Positions 38,059 through 47,299 of a stretch of 64,000 nucleotides of DNA are shown here, in pieces (positions within the stretch are counted from its first letter, which is position 1; the number at the start of each line of letters is the position of its first letter). The translations under genes and the position numbers were made by a program. A model generated the notes under the pieces. It saw only the letters and a list, made by a program, of their open reading frames with translations, ran no database searches and was not told the origin of the DNA. The stretch spans positions 11,261 through 75,260 of the forward strand of contig CAZRZK010000009.1 in assembly GCA_964604555.1 (NCBI GenBank), in the 5' to 3' direction. This DNA is from an uncultured Pseudobdellovibrionaceae bacterium. GTDB taxonomy: Bacteria; Bdellovibrionota; FAC87; UBA2466.

Positions 38059-39591
38059 TTACCAAATACGGCCGAACCAAGAGGCCCCGTTTTCGTAGGC
38101 ACCCATTACGAGTGTCTTTCCTGAAATCAGTTGCGATACCCCATAGAGGTGCTCTCCACCTGAAACCAGATCATAATCGACTTGGCCATTCTCTCCGAAG
38201 AGAAGATCCCGTTCCAAAAGCGAAGTCAATCGTACAAGACTGATTCCGCCCGCTCTCTCTCCGCCTACCTCAACACTTCCATCAATCGATAGAGAAAGCG
38301 CGGTCGCTACAAAGCCGGGGATCGCTTCATTCCAATCGACAATCGTCCCTCCAATTGGAAATTTGCGGACCCAAAGCTTGTCATTCACATCACCGACCAT
38401 CCAGACTTCGTTTGCATTGCGGGAATGGGCCGCCCTTAATCGATCTTGCGACCCTCCTTCTAAATCATAGATAAAGGTGGCCGCAGGATCGAAAAGACCA
38501 TTTCCATCAAAAGCAATAATCGCCCAATCCTGTTGAGGAATGGTGCCAATGGTGGCCGCTAAAAACACTTTGCTCTGGATCATCCAGAAAGAATCGATTG
38601 AAGAAATGATGCGACCATCCCAATCGATTGCTAACACACCTTGAGTTCCGAAGGCGGTATCGGTCTCACCCCGAGCATTAAATCCCCAAACCTTTCCTTG
38701 TCCCCCGTGCTCGCCCGCCACCAACATTCGGCGATCATAAAGCTGGACGACTCCTCCTAAGTGAATATCCCCAGAGTTAGAAGAGATCTCTAAAATCCCA
38801 CTGCTTCCAAAACTTCGATCGATCACCCCTTCCTTATCAAAGCGCAATAGTCTAAGAGAGTGGCTCTCGATCGCAACCAACACCTGCTCATCCAATTGGA
38901 GAATCCCTTTTACTTGTCCTAAGTGATCGGTATTGAGTGCGACCCGCGTTCTTTTCTCTAACATTCCTTCATTCGATCTCTTTTCAAACAAAACACCCAG
39001 TTCACTTCCCAGGTTATACTTTCCAAAAAATGCCCACTTCCCATCGACGTAATTAATCTGCCCCCAAAAACTAGAAGAGTCGCCCACAAATTGACTCGTG
39101 TGACCACTCTCTAGCAACGTTGTGTCCCAAGATCCTGGTGCCCCCCAATTTCCACGTCCGGTGAGCTGTACGCCATTGGATTGCCTGAATTGCGTTCCAT
39201 CAAAATAACCGACATAGAGAGATTCATTGATGGGACCGACCTCCTGAGGAGAGAGACAAACCTGTACGGTACACGACAGATTTGGGGCCAAGGTTTGCCC
39301 GCAACTCCCTTCGGTTCCTGGAAAGCTCCCCCCACAAAAGGTGAAATTTTGGCTAAGGGCAAAATCGCCTGTGAGTTGCGTGGCTGTGCCTTGTCCATAG
39401 TTCGTGAGAGTAAAGACCGACTTAGCAGTCCCTTCGATAAAAACGGTTCCCATCTCGACCCGATTTAACGGCGTCAGCTGGACACTTGCTTTCGGAATGG
39501 AGCCCGACTGAGTAGTATGGTTTTCACTCGAACAACTGGCTAAAAAGAGGATATAGAGCAAAGCGATGATGAAAATCTTTAGGTTCAACAT
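38059..39591 (-). CDS. Delta-60-repeat lipoprotein (beta-propeller-like)
   Basis: Lipobox LFLASCS. Repeated D.(S/T)FG..G.(L/V) units (IDRSFGSSGIL, TDTAFGTQGVL, RDLLFGENGQV), as in the delta-60 repeat family. Confidence 0.5.
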   Translation of the reverse strand: MLNLKIFIIALLYILFLASCSSENHTTQSGSIPKASVQLTPLNRVEMGTVFIEGTAKSVFTLTNYGQGTATQLTGDFALSQNFTFCGGSFPGTEGSCGQTLAPNLSCTVQVCLSPQEVGPINESLYVGYFDGTQFRQSNGVQLTGRGNWGAPGSWDTTLLESGHTSQFVGDSSSFWGQINYVDGKWAFFGKYNLGSELGVLFEKRSNEGMLEKRTRVALNTDHLGQVKGILQLDEQVLVAIESHSLRLLRFDKEGVIDRSFGSSGILEISSNSGDIHLGGVVQLYDRRMLVAGEHGGQGKVWGFNARGETDTAFGTQGVLAIDWDGRIISSIDSFWMIQSKVFLAATIGTIPQQDWAIIAFDGNGLFDPAATFIYDLEGGSQDRLRAAHSRNANEVWMVGDVNDKLWVRKFPIGGTIVDWNEAIPGFVATALSLSIDGSVEVGGERAGGISLVRLTSLLERDLLFGENGQVDYDLVSGGEHLYGVSQLISGKTLVMGAYENGASWFGRIW

Positions 39592-39797
39592 TTGGATTCC
39601 TTCCTGGAACTTACCTTCATGCTATTCCTAAAGTGTGGATCAATTTTTGAAAGATCGTGCTCAGCTGAGCATATTTCAAACCAGCTGTATTCAGCCTATC
39701 TATAGGCAAATCTTGGTACCGACATTGCAATTTTAAAGAGCGGAGTGGTGTGCTGGTGTAGCACGAAACGGATGCGAGTCGGAAAATTGTTAAACAG

Positions 39798-41312
39798 ATG
39801 TCAAAACAGTCGTTAATATGTTTACTGGCCTTCGTCATTTTAGGCAGTTCAACGCCCTCTCCTGCCCTCCCTCGCTGCACAAATTTACTCGATGCCTTGA
39901 TTCGAACGGCGGCAAACAGAGGGGCGGAAATGGGTGTCCCGATCCCCGTCGGAGAGCGTATTCTCAAGGATGAAAAGAATCGTCAGACCTATTTGGATTT
40001 GGTGCGGGCCTTTTCAAGAATTCATTCCCTTCCTCATTCGTTCTTTCAAGGGATTATCGACCGGATCGATCACCCTCTCTATTTCTTCGATACCAGAACT
40101 CCTTTTCAAAAGGCGCGTGATAAGTTTTTTTCCCTCTTTACGGGCCGCAAGCATGATCCAGTCTTGGCCGGACGTTACCGATTAGTTGAAGATGTTTTAA
40201 AAGAACTTCAACTCCCCTTTCCCCTTCCGCTCAAAGCATTCATTTCCAAGGCTCTTCTTTCCCATCCCGTGCCAAAGCCTCGCTCAACCGAGAAAGCTGC
40301 TGTCTTTAAACAGATCGATAAAACGATCGACAAAATCATCACGCATCGGGAGCACTTCTCGCTGGCAGCCGCTCTATCAGAACTCGATTTCGTTAAAATG
40401 GTCGACCTCAATGGAAACCCAATCAAATTAGGCCAATTGAACCGTCAAGGACGGAGATTCATTCAAGACAAGATTACTCTTGAGAGCATAAAAGAGACCA
40501 TAAAAAGCTTCTTAAAGGATTTTTATTTGCGCCACGCACCGGTGATGATCGGTCAGTTGCAATCTCCTTCCGAACGCACACCTCAGCAGATCCTACATTC
40601 AAACGTAGAGCATTGGCTGAACGAAAGGAAATTCAGGAACTCTCGATTAAGGAAAATCCTTACCCAGATCATTGAAGAAACCACCTTAGGCGAACCCATT
40701 CCAGAAATCCGGCCTTCGGAAGTCAAACGGAACATTGAAACCCATCTTCAGAAAACGCTCCAACAATTCGCTCAATCTTATCAACAGCTCAATCCGCAAA
40801 TGGAAGCTCCGATTGTCATCAAGACTGATACTCCCTCCATTTCTCCAGTGACCGGAACCACTGTTCCTGCGCCTCGGCTTCCCCATATTCGGAAAAAGAA
40901 AAAAAGAGGCTCATCAAATGACGAAAAGAAGCCTGAGTCGCCTGAAGCTCAAACCTCTCCGTCACCTACGCTGGTCCATGAAAAAGCGACGGGTGTTTTC
41001 CCGATCGAAAACCCGCTCGGCATGACTTTTTCAGATCCCCAGGTTGAAGCGTTTTTTAAGACCGGGAATGCAAGGAATGCGCCGTGGGTCGGCTTAAAAA
41101 CACAGGCAGAACGAAAGCTGAGAACTCTTGCTAAAATCACCGATTTTGCAAGTTTAAAATTATTCCCTAACTTTAAAGAGTATAAAACCAAAGGAGAAAA
41201 ATACTTTGGCTACTATTCCATTCGCATCGATAGACAGTTCAGATTAATATTCAAATGGCGCGACAATCATGTTGTTGAGGTATTGATAGACGATTATCAT
41301 ACTCCTGAATGA
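39798..41312 (+). CDS. Secreted protein with C-terminal HigB/RelE-type toxin domain
   Basis: N-terminal signal peptide, about 400 aa without a known domain, and a Lys-rich linker. The last ~95 aa (from an internal Met at 41022) align along their length with HigB killer proteins (FSDPQVEAFFKTG...KLFPNFKEYKTKGEKYFGYYSIRIDRQFRLIFKWRDNHVVEVLIDDYH). Confidence 0.6.
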   Translation: MSKQSLICLLAFVILGSSTPSPALPRCTNLLDALIRTAANRGAEMGVPIPVGERILKDEKNRQTYLDLVRAFSRIHSLPHSFFQGIIDRIDHPLYFFDTRTPFQKARDKFFSLFTGRKHDPVLAGRYRLVEDVLKELQLPFPLPLKAFISKALLSHPVPKPRSTEKAAVFKQIDKTIDKIITHREHFSLAAALSELDFVKMVDLNGNPIKLGQLNRQGRRFIQDKITLESIKETIKSFLKDFYLRHAPVMIGQLQSPSERTPQQILHSNVEHWLNERKFRNSRLRKILTQIIEETTLGEPIPEIRPSEVKRNIETHLQKTLQQFAQSYQQLNPQMEAPIVIKTDTPSISPVTGTTVPAPRLPHIRKKKKRGSSNDEKKPESPEAQTSPSPTLVHEKATGVFPIENPLGMTFSDPQVEAFFKTGNARNAPWVGLKTQAERKLRTLAKITDFASLKLFPNFKEYKTKGEKYFGYYSIRIDRQFRLIFKWRDNHVVEVLIDDYHTPE

Positions 41313-41968
41313 TACCTCAGCCTAAGATCAAGAACTACCTTTTGTTTATTCTTCTTCTTTACACTCCGGGCTCATGCATCGGTGCCATTGTTTTTCACGG
41401 GAACAAGGGAACTATCTGCAAAAAAGTGGTGGGCATGCTACTTAATCCATGGGCCCATCGAAGCCTCGAAACATTGGTTGAAACACCTCGTTATTATTTA
41501 GTGAAACTCAAAAAAAGCGAATCGATTCATGTATTCGACAAAGTGAGTGGAACGCAATTGGATGACACGATCGAGATCATTGATCTCAATAATACTACTA
41601 TCGAAGGCCCTGGCCATCCCGAACCGACCGCTCACATACCGATTTATCTGAAAAAAGAGGCTCGTTTGATTGGAGGGACCGGTACAGAGGTGAAATATGC
41701 ACTGCTTCGATATAGTTTTGAGCAACTTGGTTTCAAAAAAGTCATGGCCTATATCAGGCCGAACAACACCGCTTCGATCCGCTTGCATGAAAAACTCGGG
41801 TTTAAAATCCTTTCAAGAACATCCAAAGAAATCACTTTAGAATTAAGCCGCGAGGATTTTGAAGCGATTAAAAGCCGCTTTCAACCCGAAGAGACGGGCA
41901 ATTTTCTGCCTCAACGCAAACCTTCCCAACCCAATGGTCAGGAAAAGCCATCCGATGAAAAGAATTAG
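41309..41968 (+). CDS. GNAT-family N-acetyltransferase
   Basis: GNAT motifs A/B (YALLRYSFEQLGFKKVMAYIRPNNTASIRLHEKLGFK). ATGA overlap with the HigB-domain gene. The start could instead be the internal Met at 41435. Confidence 0.6.
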   Translation: MIPQPKIKNYLLFILLLYTPGSCIGAIVFHGNKGTICKKVVGMLLNPWAHRSLETLVETPRYYLVKLKKSESIHVFDKVSGTQLDDTIEIIDLNNTTIEGPGHPEPTAHIPIYLKKEARLIGGTGTEVKYALLRYSFEQLGFKKVMAYIRPNNTASIRLHEKLGFKILSRTSKEITLELSREDFEAIKSRFQPEETGNFLPQRKPSQPNGQEKPSDEKN

Positions 41969-42643
41969 ACCTGCAATAGGCACTTGTGTGGTTGGTTGAT
42001 GAATCGCCCCGCACGATGCCCCCATCGGCTCCCGATTGAAATCATTTTTGGGATATAAAAAGGCAAGGCCGTCCATATCATCTTCTGTCAGCACGGCAGC
42101 GGTTTTATCGGAGATGCTGTAATACATCAGCGCCGACCTATCGCTACTGTGTCCAAGCCCCAACGCATGTCCCATTTCATGGGTCAGAGTGATCGCCAAT
42201 TGCCCTAATTCCAATTGGGAGATCTCCGCTCCACTTCCTTCCTCCGCATTCAAGTAGATCGCACTATAGTCGATATGGCCACCATTCCCCGGACTCACCC
42301 TGGTCGCCGCCGGCACATATTCGGTGTCGACCGAATTGTGGGCACCGATGAGGGGATCACACAAGATGAGCGGAACCTGTGTTGCATTTCCATTACTATA
42401 TTCGGTGTGCCCATCGGTCGCGTCTTCAGAAGCGAGCTCCAATTTCAAACCAGCCCCCGGTGAGCTATTCCAAGTATCGACTCCGTCTTGGATTACCCCC
42501 CTTAAGACCGACTCCTCCACGGTACAGTTACTCGGATTAAAATGGACTCTGAGTCGCATCGACTCCCATCCCTTGATCCCATCGCCAATCAGAGTCCATC
42601 CGAAGGCCATTCCACTCATCCATTGAAATAAAATAAGAATCAT
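41843..42643 (-). CDS. Secreted metzincin zinc metalloprotease (matrixin/M10-like) with C-terminal TM-basic tail
   Basis: HEMGHALGLGHSSD (HExxHxxGxxH) with a downstream Met-turn region, and a signal peptide. ATGA coupling with the upstream OMP-like gene. The C-terminus reads VPIAG + TM + RFALRQK. Confidence 0.7.
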   Translation of the reverse strand: MILILFQWMSGMAFGWTLIGDGIKGWESMRLRVHFNPSNCTVEESVLRGVIQDGVDTWNSSPGAGLKLELASEDATDGHTEYSNGNATQVPLILCDPLIGAHNSVDTEYVPAATRVSPGNGGHIDYSAIYLNAEEGSGAEISQLELGQLAITLTHEMGHALGLGHSSDRSALMYYSISDKTAAVLTEDDMDGLAFLYPKNDFNREPMGASCGAIHQPTTQVPIAGLILFIGWLFLTIGLGRFALRQKIARLFGLKAAFNRFKILAA

Positions 42644-43206
42644 AATTGCACCTCCAACCCAAAATGGGCATTCCATTGTCGACGAGGAGAATAAAAAAGC
42701 GAGACCGTCGAAAGATCGGCGACCAATCGCCAGTTTTGTGAAACAGGAAGTAAAAACCCGAAATGGAGCAGCACTTGGTAGGTAAAGGCGGTTCCACCTG
42801 GAGAATAAAAGGTAGCGCGATCGGTACCATTGTTCAGCACTACTGCCTTATGGGAATAGAGGGCGTAATCGATCTGAAGCCCCGGTCCGATCCGCATCCA
42901 CAAAAAAGAAAGGGACTTCCACAGGAGATCGAGATCCCATTCCCCCCTAAACAGCTTTCCATCGGAATCGGTGGTGCTGCGCCACGGAACCAAAAGCAAA
43001 AATGCGGGAGCAAAGGAAACCTTGGGAGAGAGGGGAAATCCCACCCCTAACTTGAGATAGGGGCTCGTAAAGGCGATATCACTTTGATAATGCGGCTGTG
43101 CGGCAATCCGTTTTTGCACACTGGCAAAATAGGCGCCTCCTTCGACGAAGAGCTGTCCCGCGAACAAATTTGACGCAAAGCATACGGTAAATAGAAGCCA
43201 ACCCAC
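42640..43206 (-). CDS. Putative outer-membrane beta-barrel protein
   Basis: Signal peptide and alternating amphipathic strands with a C-terminal aromatic-rich segment. Confidence 0.4.
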   Translation of the reverse strand: MGWLLFTVCFASNLFAGQLFVEGGAYFASVQKRIAAQPHYQSDIAFTSPYLKLGVGFPLSPKVSFAPAFLLLVPWRSTTDSDGKLFRGEWDLDLLWKSLSFLWMRIGPGLQIDYALYSHKAVVLNNGTDRATFYSPGGTAFTYQVLLHFGFLLPVSQNWRLVADLSTVSLFYSPRRQWNAHFGLEVQL

Positions 43207-43295
43207 TACTTTTCCCCCCGAACCTACCCGTATTAAACGTCTCAGATGGGGGAAGGTAAACTTCTTTTCACAGCCCAGTATGATAAAATAATTCT

Positions 43296-43997
43296 ATGCG
43301 CATCTTGATATTTCTTTTTCTGTCGGCATTTTTTATTTCTAACTCCTTACGAGCGGAGAGCTCTTCCCAAGTCACGGAAAGTACTCGACGCACTGAATAC
43401 TCTCGATCGGAATCGGGCACTCAGTCCAATATTGAAGAGACCGAGACGCTGAAAACCAAAAAGAAAAAGAATCGCCGTCTCTTTGTCACCGAGGATCAGG
43501 AACCGCGCTCCGATGCCGGCATCTTTCATGCCGGTTTTGCACTAGGCGGAAATTTTTATGTTGAACCCAAAGTATCGAAAACGACCCGTGAACCAACGGG
43601 CGATTACTACAAAGATTTTGGTTTCCAAGCCGGTGTCTATTTCGATTATGACTATTCCGAATTGGAAGAGAACATCCCTTTAGGACTGCGCGGAATGGTT
43701 GGATATAAATATATTTTAAATTCGGTCCATGTCTTCGCCTTCGATGGCGCAGTCAGAAGAATGTTCCGCATGGCTGAGAACACCTCTTTTGGATTGGGCA
43801 TTGGGGGTAGTGCCGCGGTTTGGTATCGAGTGGGAAGTGACACGGCCGACGAAGAGGTCTTATTCCTCCCGTCCTTCCTTATCACCGCCGGGTTCGAGTT
43901 CAACCCCTTCATGGTTGACATCAAGTGGCTCATCAACCGTTTCGGACAGGACAGCACCATCACCGGTGTCGAGCTCTCGGTTGGCGTTCGTATTTAA
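43296..43997 (+). CDS. Putative outer-membrane beta-barrel protein
   Basis: Signal peptide MRILIFLFLSAFFISNSLRA, beta-strand periodicity and a terminal ...LSVGVRI. Confidence 0.45.
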   Translation: MRILIFLFLSAFFISNSLRAESSSQVTESTRRTEYSRSESGTQSNIEETETLKTKKKKNRRLFVTEDQEPRSDAGIFHAGFALGGNFYVEPKVSKTTREPTGDYYKDFGFQAGVYFDYDYSELEENIPLGLRGMVGYKYILNSVHVFAFDGAVRRMFRMAENTSFGLGIGGSAAVWYRVGSDTADEEVLFLPSFLITAGFEFNPFMVDIKWLINRFGQDSTITGVELSVGVRI

Positions 43998-44354
43998 GAG
44001 CCCAGAGAGCACTCCTCGAAGCCACTCCCCTGTAAAGGGACGAATCAGGTAATCATCGGCTCCAAGCTGGAACACGCCTCTGCGCATTCCTTCTTCTTTA
44101 ACCCCGCTAATCACCACTTTTTTAGCCTCGGAACCTAAATTTAATAAGGCCTTCAATAAGGTAGGCCCCCCCACCCGATCGGACATCAAGTCGATCAGAA
44201 TGAGCGCCGGCTTCATCTTCGCGCAGGCTTGAAACACCTCATTCACCGCTCCCCCTTCCGCCACCACATTGAATTCCGATTCGAGGGTTTTACGGAGGAA
44301 ATCCCGCTCACTTGCATTGTCATGAAAGAGAATAATTGCCGGTTTTTGTTCCAT
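43860..44354 (-). CDS. Response-regulator receiver-domain protein (stand-alone, atypical)
   Basis: Receiver-like LILIDLMSD and GADDYLIRPF motifs. It is divergent from the CHASE2 kinase. A C-terminal tail overlaps the convergent OMP gene. Confidence 0.5.
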   Translation of the reverse strand: MEQKPAIILFHDNASERDFLRKTLESEFNVVAEGGAVNEVFQACAKMKPALILIDLMSDRVGGPTLLKALLNLGSEAKKVVISGVKEEGMRRGVFQLGADDYLIRPFTGEWLRGVLSGLLNTNANRELDTGDGAVLSETVDEPLDVNHEGVELEPGGDKEGREE

Positions 44355-44396
44355 TATTTTTCCCCCATTTCGCCCATCTTTTGGTAAATAACGCCC

Positions 44397-46088
44397 ATGC
44401 CTAGGCTCAATTATCCTTTAAGACTGCTCCTCTGTTTTTTGAGCATCTTCCTGCCCCTTTCCTCATTAGACCTCTGGTTTTACGATCACCTTTTCCAGAT
44501 TCGCGGGCAGTTAGATAATGCTACCTCGATTATACTGGTCAGGGTCAATGAAAACCAACTCAATTACCCTTCCCTCATCCAATCGATCCAGCTCGATCAT
44601 CCAGAACTGATCGTCTTCTGTTCCTTTTTTGATGCCCATGAAGCCTTCGACACCTCGGGACTTCCATATGACAACATCCTCTACTCCGCCTCGATCAATG
44701 AGGAAAATAAATTAATTCTTCCGGAACCTAGCCTTACCCAACGGGCCGATCGCTTTGGTTTCAACAACCTTTTCCCTGATAGCGACAACACCATCCGCAA
44801 AGGCCCCTTGGTTTATAACTCAACTCCTTCGCTTGCCCTTCGCACCTTCTTCTTCAAGAACCCTTCTTCATTGAGTCGAAACCTCATGGAACCGATTCAG
44901 ATCGATTTTCGTGGCCCCAGCGGAAGCTACCGACTCTATGATGCCACCCGGATCATCAATCAGATGACCCCGCCTCGAACCTTTAAAGACAAGATCGTGC
45001 TCATCGCCAAGGAATCGACCCTCAACCAGGATGTGGAGACCCCTCTGGGACGCCTCTCACGCGTGGAGGTGCAGGCCAATTTTATCGATACATTCTTGCA
45101 AGGCAGAGAGATCCGAAACGCTCCGCACTCCGTGGTGCTCGCCATCGCCGCCCTTTCTGTGCTGATATCGGCGGTCCTCATCCATCTTTTTCCCCTCACT
45201 TTGGCCTGGTTATTCCTGGTTCTCTTTTCTCTGATCCTAGTTTTATTTGCACTTCTTCTTTTATCGACGGCAAAATGGTGGATTGGTCTCGCCAACCCCA
45301 TCTGCGGAATCTTTGTGACCCACTTGATCATGCTCGGCTACAAACTGCGCAAACAGGAACAGCTCCAATGGAAATGGGAGCAGGAATCGGTCTATCTCAA
45401 AGAAATGGATCAATTTAAAAACAATTTTATTTCCCTCTTCAGCCACGATCTCAAAACCCCCATTGCCAAAATTCGTGCGATTACGGAACGTCTCCTCAGC
45501 TCCCACGCCGAACTCCCGGCCACCATCAAGGAAGATCTCAAAACCCTCGATCGCACCAACGACGAACTCTCCCGGTTGATCAGTGACATCCTCAAAGTGA
45601 CCAAGATGGAAACCCTCTCTTTGGAACCGCAAAAAGGGGTGATCGATCTGAATCGATTGGTTGAATTAGCGCTCCAGAGGCTCCAATTCAATGCCGAGGA
45701 GAAAAAGATCCAGATTGTGACCGATCTCGAACCGCTCTTTTCGATGGAAGGAGATCCTCAGTGGATTGAAGAGGTGATCGCCAACCTCGTCGAAAATGCG
45801 ATTAAATATAGCCCCCCGAGCTCCACCATCACCATCAAGACACAGGAATTGAAGGATCGAGTCCTTCTAACCGTCATCGATCAGGGAATGGGCATTGATC
45901 TGAATGAACTTCCCAAAATCACCGGCAAGTTTTTCCGGGGAAAGCGCGCCAGCGAAACGACCAAAGGGACCGGCCTTGGTCTTTACCTCTCCAAATACTT
46001 CATTGAACTCCATAACGGAGGATTAGAGGTCAAGAGCGAAACCGGCAAAGGCACAGAGGTTGGATTCTGGCTGCCTTTATCGGTCTAA
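44397..46088 (+). CDS. Sensor histidine kinase with CHASE2-like extracytoplasmic domain
   Basis: TM1, a ~200-aa periplasmic domain and three clustered TM helices. HisKA (FSHDLKTPIAKI) and HATPase (GLGLYLSKYF) motifs. Confidence 0.7.
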   Translation: MPRLNYPLRLLLCFLSIFLPLSSLDLWFYDHLFQIRGQLDNATSIILVRVNENQLNYPSLIQSIQLDHPELIVFCSFFDAHEAFDTSGLPYDNILYSASINEENKLILPEPSLTQRADRFGFNNLFPDSDNTIRKGPLVYNSTPSLALRTFFFKNPSSLSRNLMEPIQIDFRGPSGSYRLYDATRIINQMTPPRTFKDKIVLIAKESTLNQDVETPLGRLSRVEVQANFIDTFLQGREIRNAPHSVVLAIAALSVLISAVLIHLFPLTLAWLFLVLFSLILVLFALLLLSTAKWWIGLANPICGIFVTHLIMLGYKLRKQEQLQWKWEQESVYLKEMDQFKNNFISLFSHDLKTPIAKIRAITERLLSSHAELPATIKEDLKTLDRTNDELSRLISDILKVTKMETLSLEPQKGVIDLNRLVELALQRLQFNAEEKKIQIVTDLEPLFSMEGDPQWIEEVIANLVENAIKYSPPSSTITIKTQELKDRVLLTVIDQGMGIDLNELPKITGKFFRGKRASETTKGTGLGLYLSKYFIELHNGGLEVKSETGKGTEVGFWLPLSV

Positions 46089-47201
46089 AGAATCTAGATT
46101 CCAGAAATGGAGCAGGGTTGGCCTGATCTTGGTGCCTTCAATAGAAGCTCCTGACGTTACCCCTAAGAGGCGTTTGCTATCCGGAGAAAAGGCTATCTCA
46201 AAAAAAGTGGCTGATGGATCGGGCAAAGACAAAACCTTCAAAACCTTGCCCGTTTCTGCATCCAACAACTCAAACCTTTGCCTCTCAACGCTTCCAAACT
46301 TCGAGTAGGCTAAATACTTCCCATTGGGGGAAAGCTTCAGTTTCGTATAATTTGTATAGGAGGATTCATTTTTATGATGCCAAACCAATTTTGGCCGCCC
46401 CTCTTCGTCCATTTGGGTCAGATCTAATAAAGCGATCGAACGATCATTATAAAGATAGATTCCCCTTCCGTTTTTGGTGAAGGTGATTTCAGCCCTCTTG
46501 ATCGGAAGCTTTATCTGACGAATTTTCTGGGGTGGATCTTTTCGGAAATCCCACTCATCCAATTGATAGGCCTCGAGCTCATTGGCATTCATCCAGCCAA
46601 CATACGTATAAAGAGAACGACTATCAGCCGAAAATTTCACTTCAACAAAAAAATCGGTTTTTGACTTCAGTCTTTTGTAAGGCTCCCATTTATTCAAGAG
46701 AGAATCTCTTTCATATTTGAGACTCGTTTCAAAGTCATAAAGGCTCACCTCCCCCTTATCATCACTGGAGGCCAGTTTTTTACCATCGGAACTAAAAGCC
46801 AATCGAACCCCTTGTGAATCCAGAAAAAAGAGTCGCTTCTTTGTTTCCAGATCCCAAACCCCAATGGGATCCAATCGGTCATAAACGACATCTCGCACCA
46901 GGTAGCGGCCATTCGGAGAGATAGCACTAGGATAGGTAAATCGAAAATATTCCCGTTGCTTACCAAAAACATCCTCAATCATCTCGCCGTTATCTTTTTT
47001 ATATTTCACCACCTTCAGTTGACTCTCTCCTCCCATTTCAAAAGAGATCAAAATAAAGTTTCCATCGGGGAGATAGGAAAGCTCGATTCTATTTTTATGC
47101 GCGTCGAGATCTTGAAGAGTGGCACTCAGAAAAGGGGAAGAGTCTCCGAAGTGCGGATTAGAAACAACAAAAAGGGCTAAGATGCAAAATGGGACTGGCA
47201 C
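46077..47201 (-). CDS. Secreted beta-propeller (WD40/PD40-like repeat) protein
   Basis: Signal peptide and repeated ...SPNGRYL/ SSDGKKLAS / SPNGKYLAY units typical of TolB/PD40 blades. Confidence 0.5.
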   Translation of the reverse strand: MPVPFCILALFVVSNPHFGDSSPFLSATLQDLDAHKNRIELSYLPDGNFILISFEMGGESQLKVVKYKKDNGEMIEDVFGKQREYFRFTYPSAISPNGRYLVRDVVYDRLDPIGVWDLETKKRLFFLDSQGVRLAFSSDGKKLASSDDKGEVSLYDFETSLKYERDSLLNKWEPYKRLKSKTDFFVEVKFSADSRSLYTYVGWMNANELEAYQLDEWDFRKDPPQKIRQIKLPIKRAEITFTKNGRGIYLYNDRSIALLDLTQMDEEGRPKLVWHHKNESSYTNYTKLKLSPNGKYLAYSKFGSVERQRFELLDAETGKVLKVLSLPDPSATFFEIAFSPDSKRLLGVTSGASIEGTKIRPTLLHFWNLDSLDR

Positions 47202-47299
47202 GGAAAAACCTCCTGATTAACGCTGCATATAGCACAAGGAGGAGAACTCAATTAGAGCCTGGTGAGGAAAAGCCGTTATGCAGTGTTTAGAGAGGTAGG

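Noticed and set aside
41309-41434. Lipoprotein-like signal peptide at the N-terminus of the GNAT ORF
   Set aside because: An exported GNAT would have no acetyl-CoA. The GNAT fold begins near the internal Met at 41435, so the hydrophobic N-terminal 42 aa may be read-through of an out-of-context frame. This is left unresolved rather than called as a secreted acetyltransferase.
43885-43905. tRNA T-arm-like string GGGTTCGAGTTCAACCCC
   Set aside because: It lies inside an OMP coding sequence, with no acceptor, D-arm or anticodon-arm context. It is a coincidental match. No tRNA genes were found in the window.
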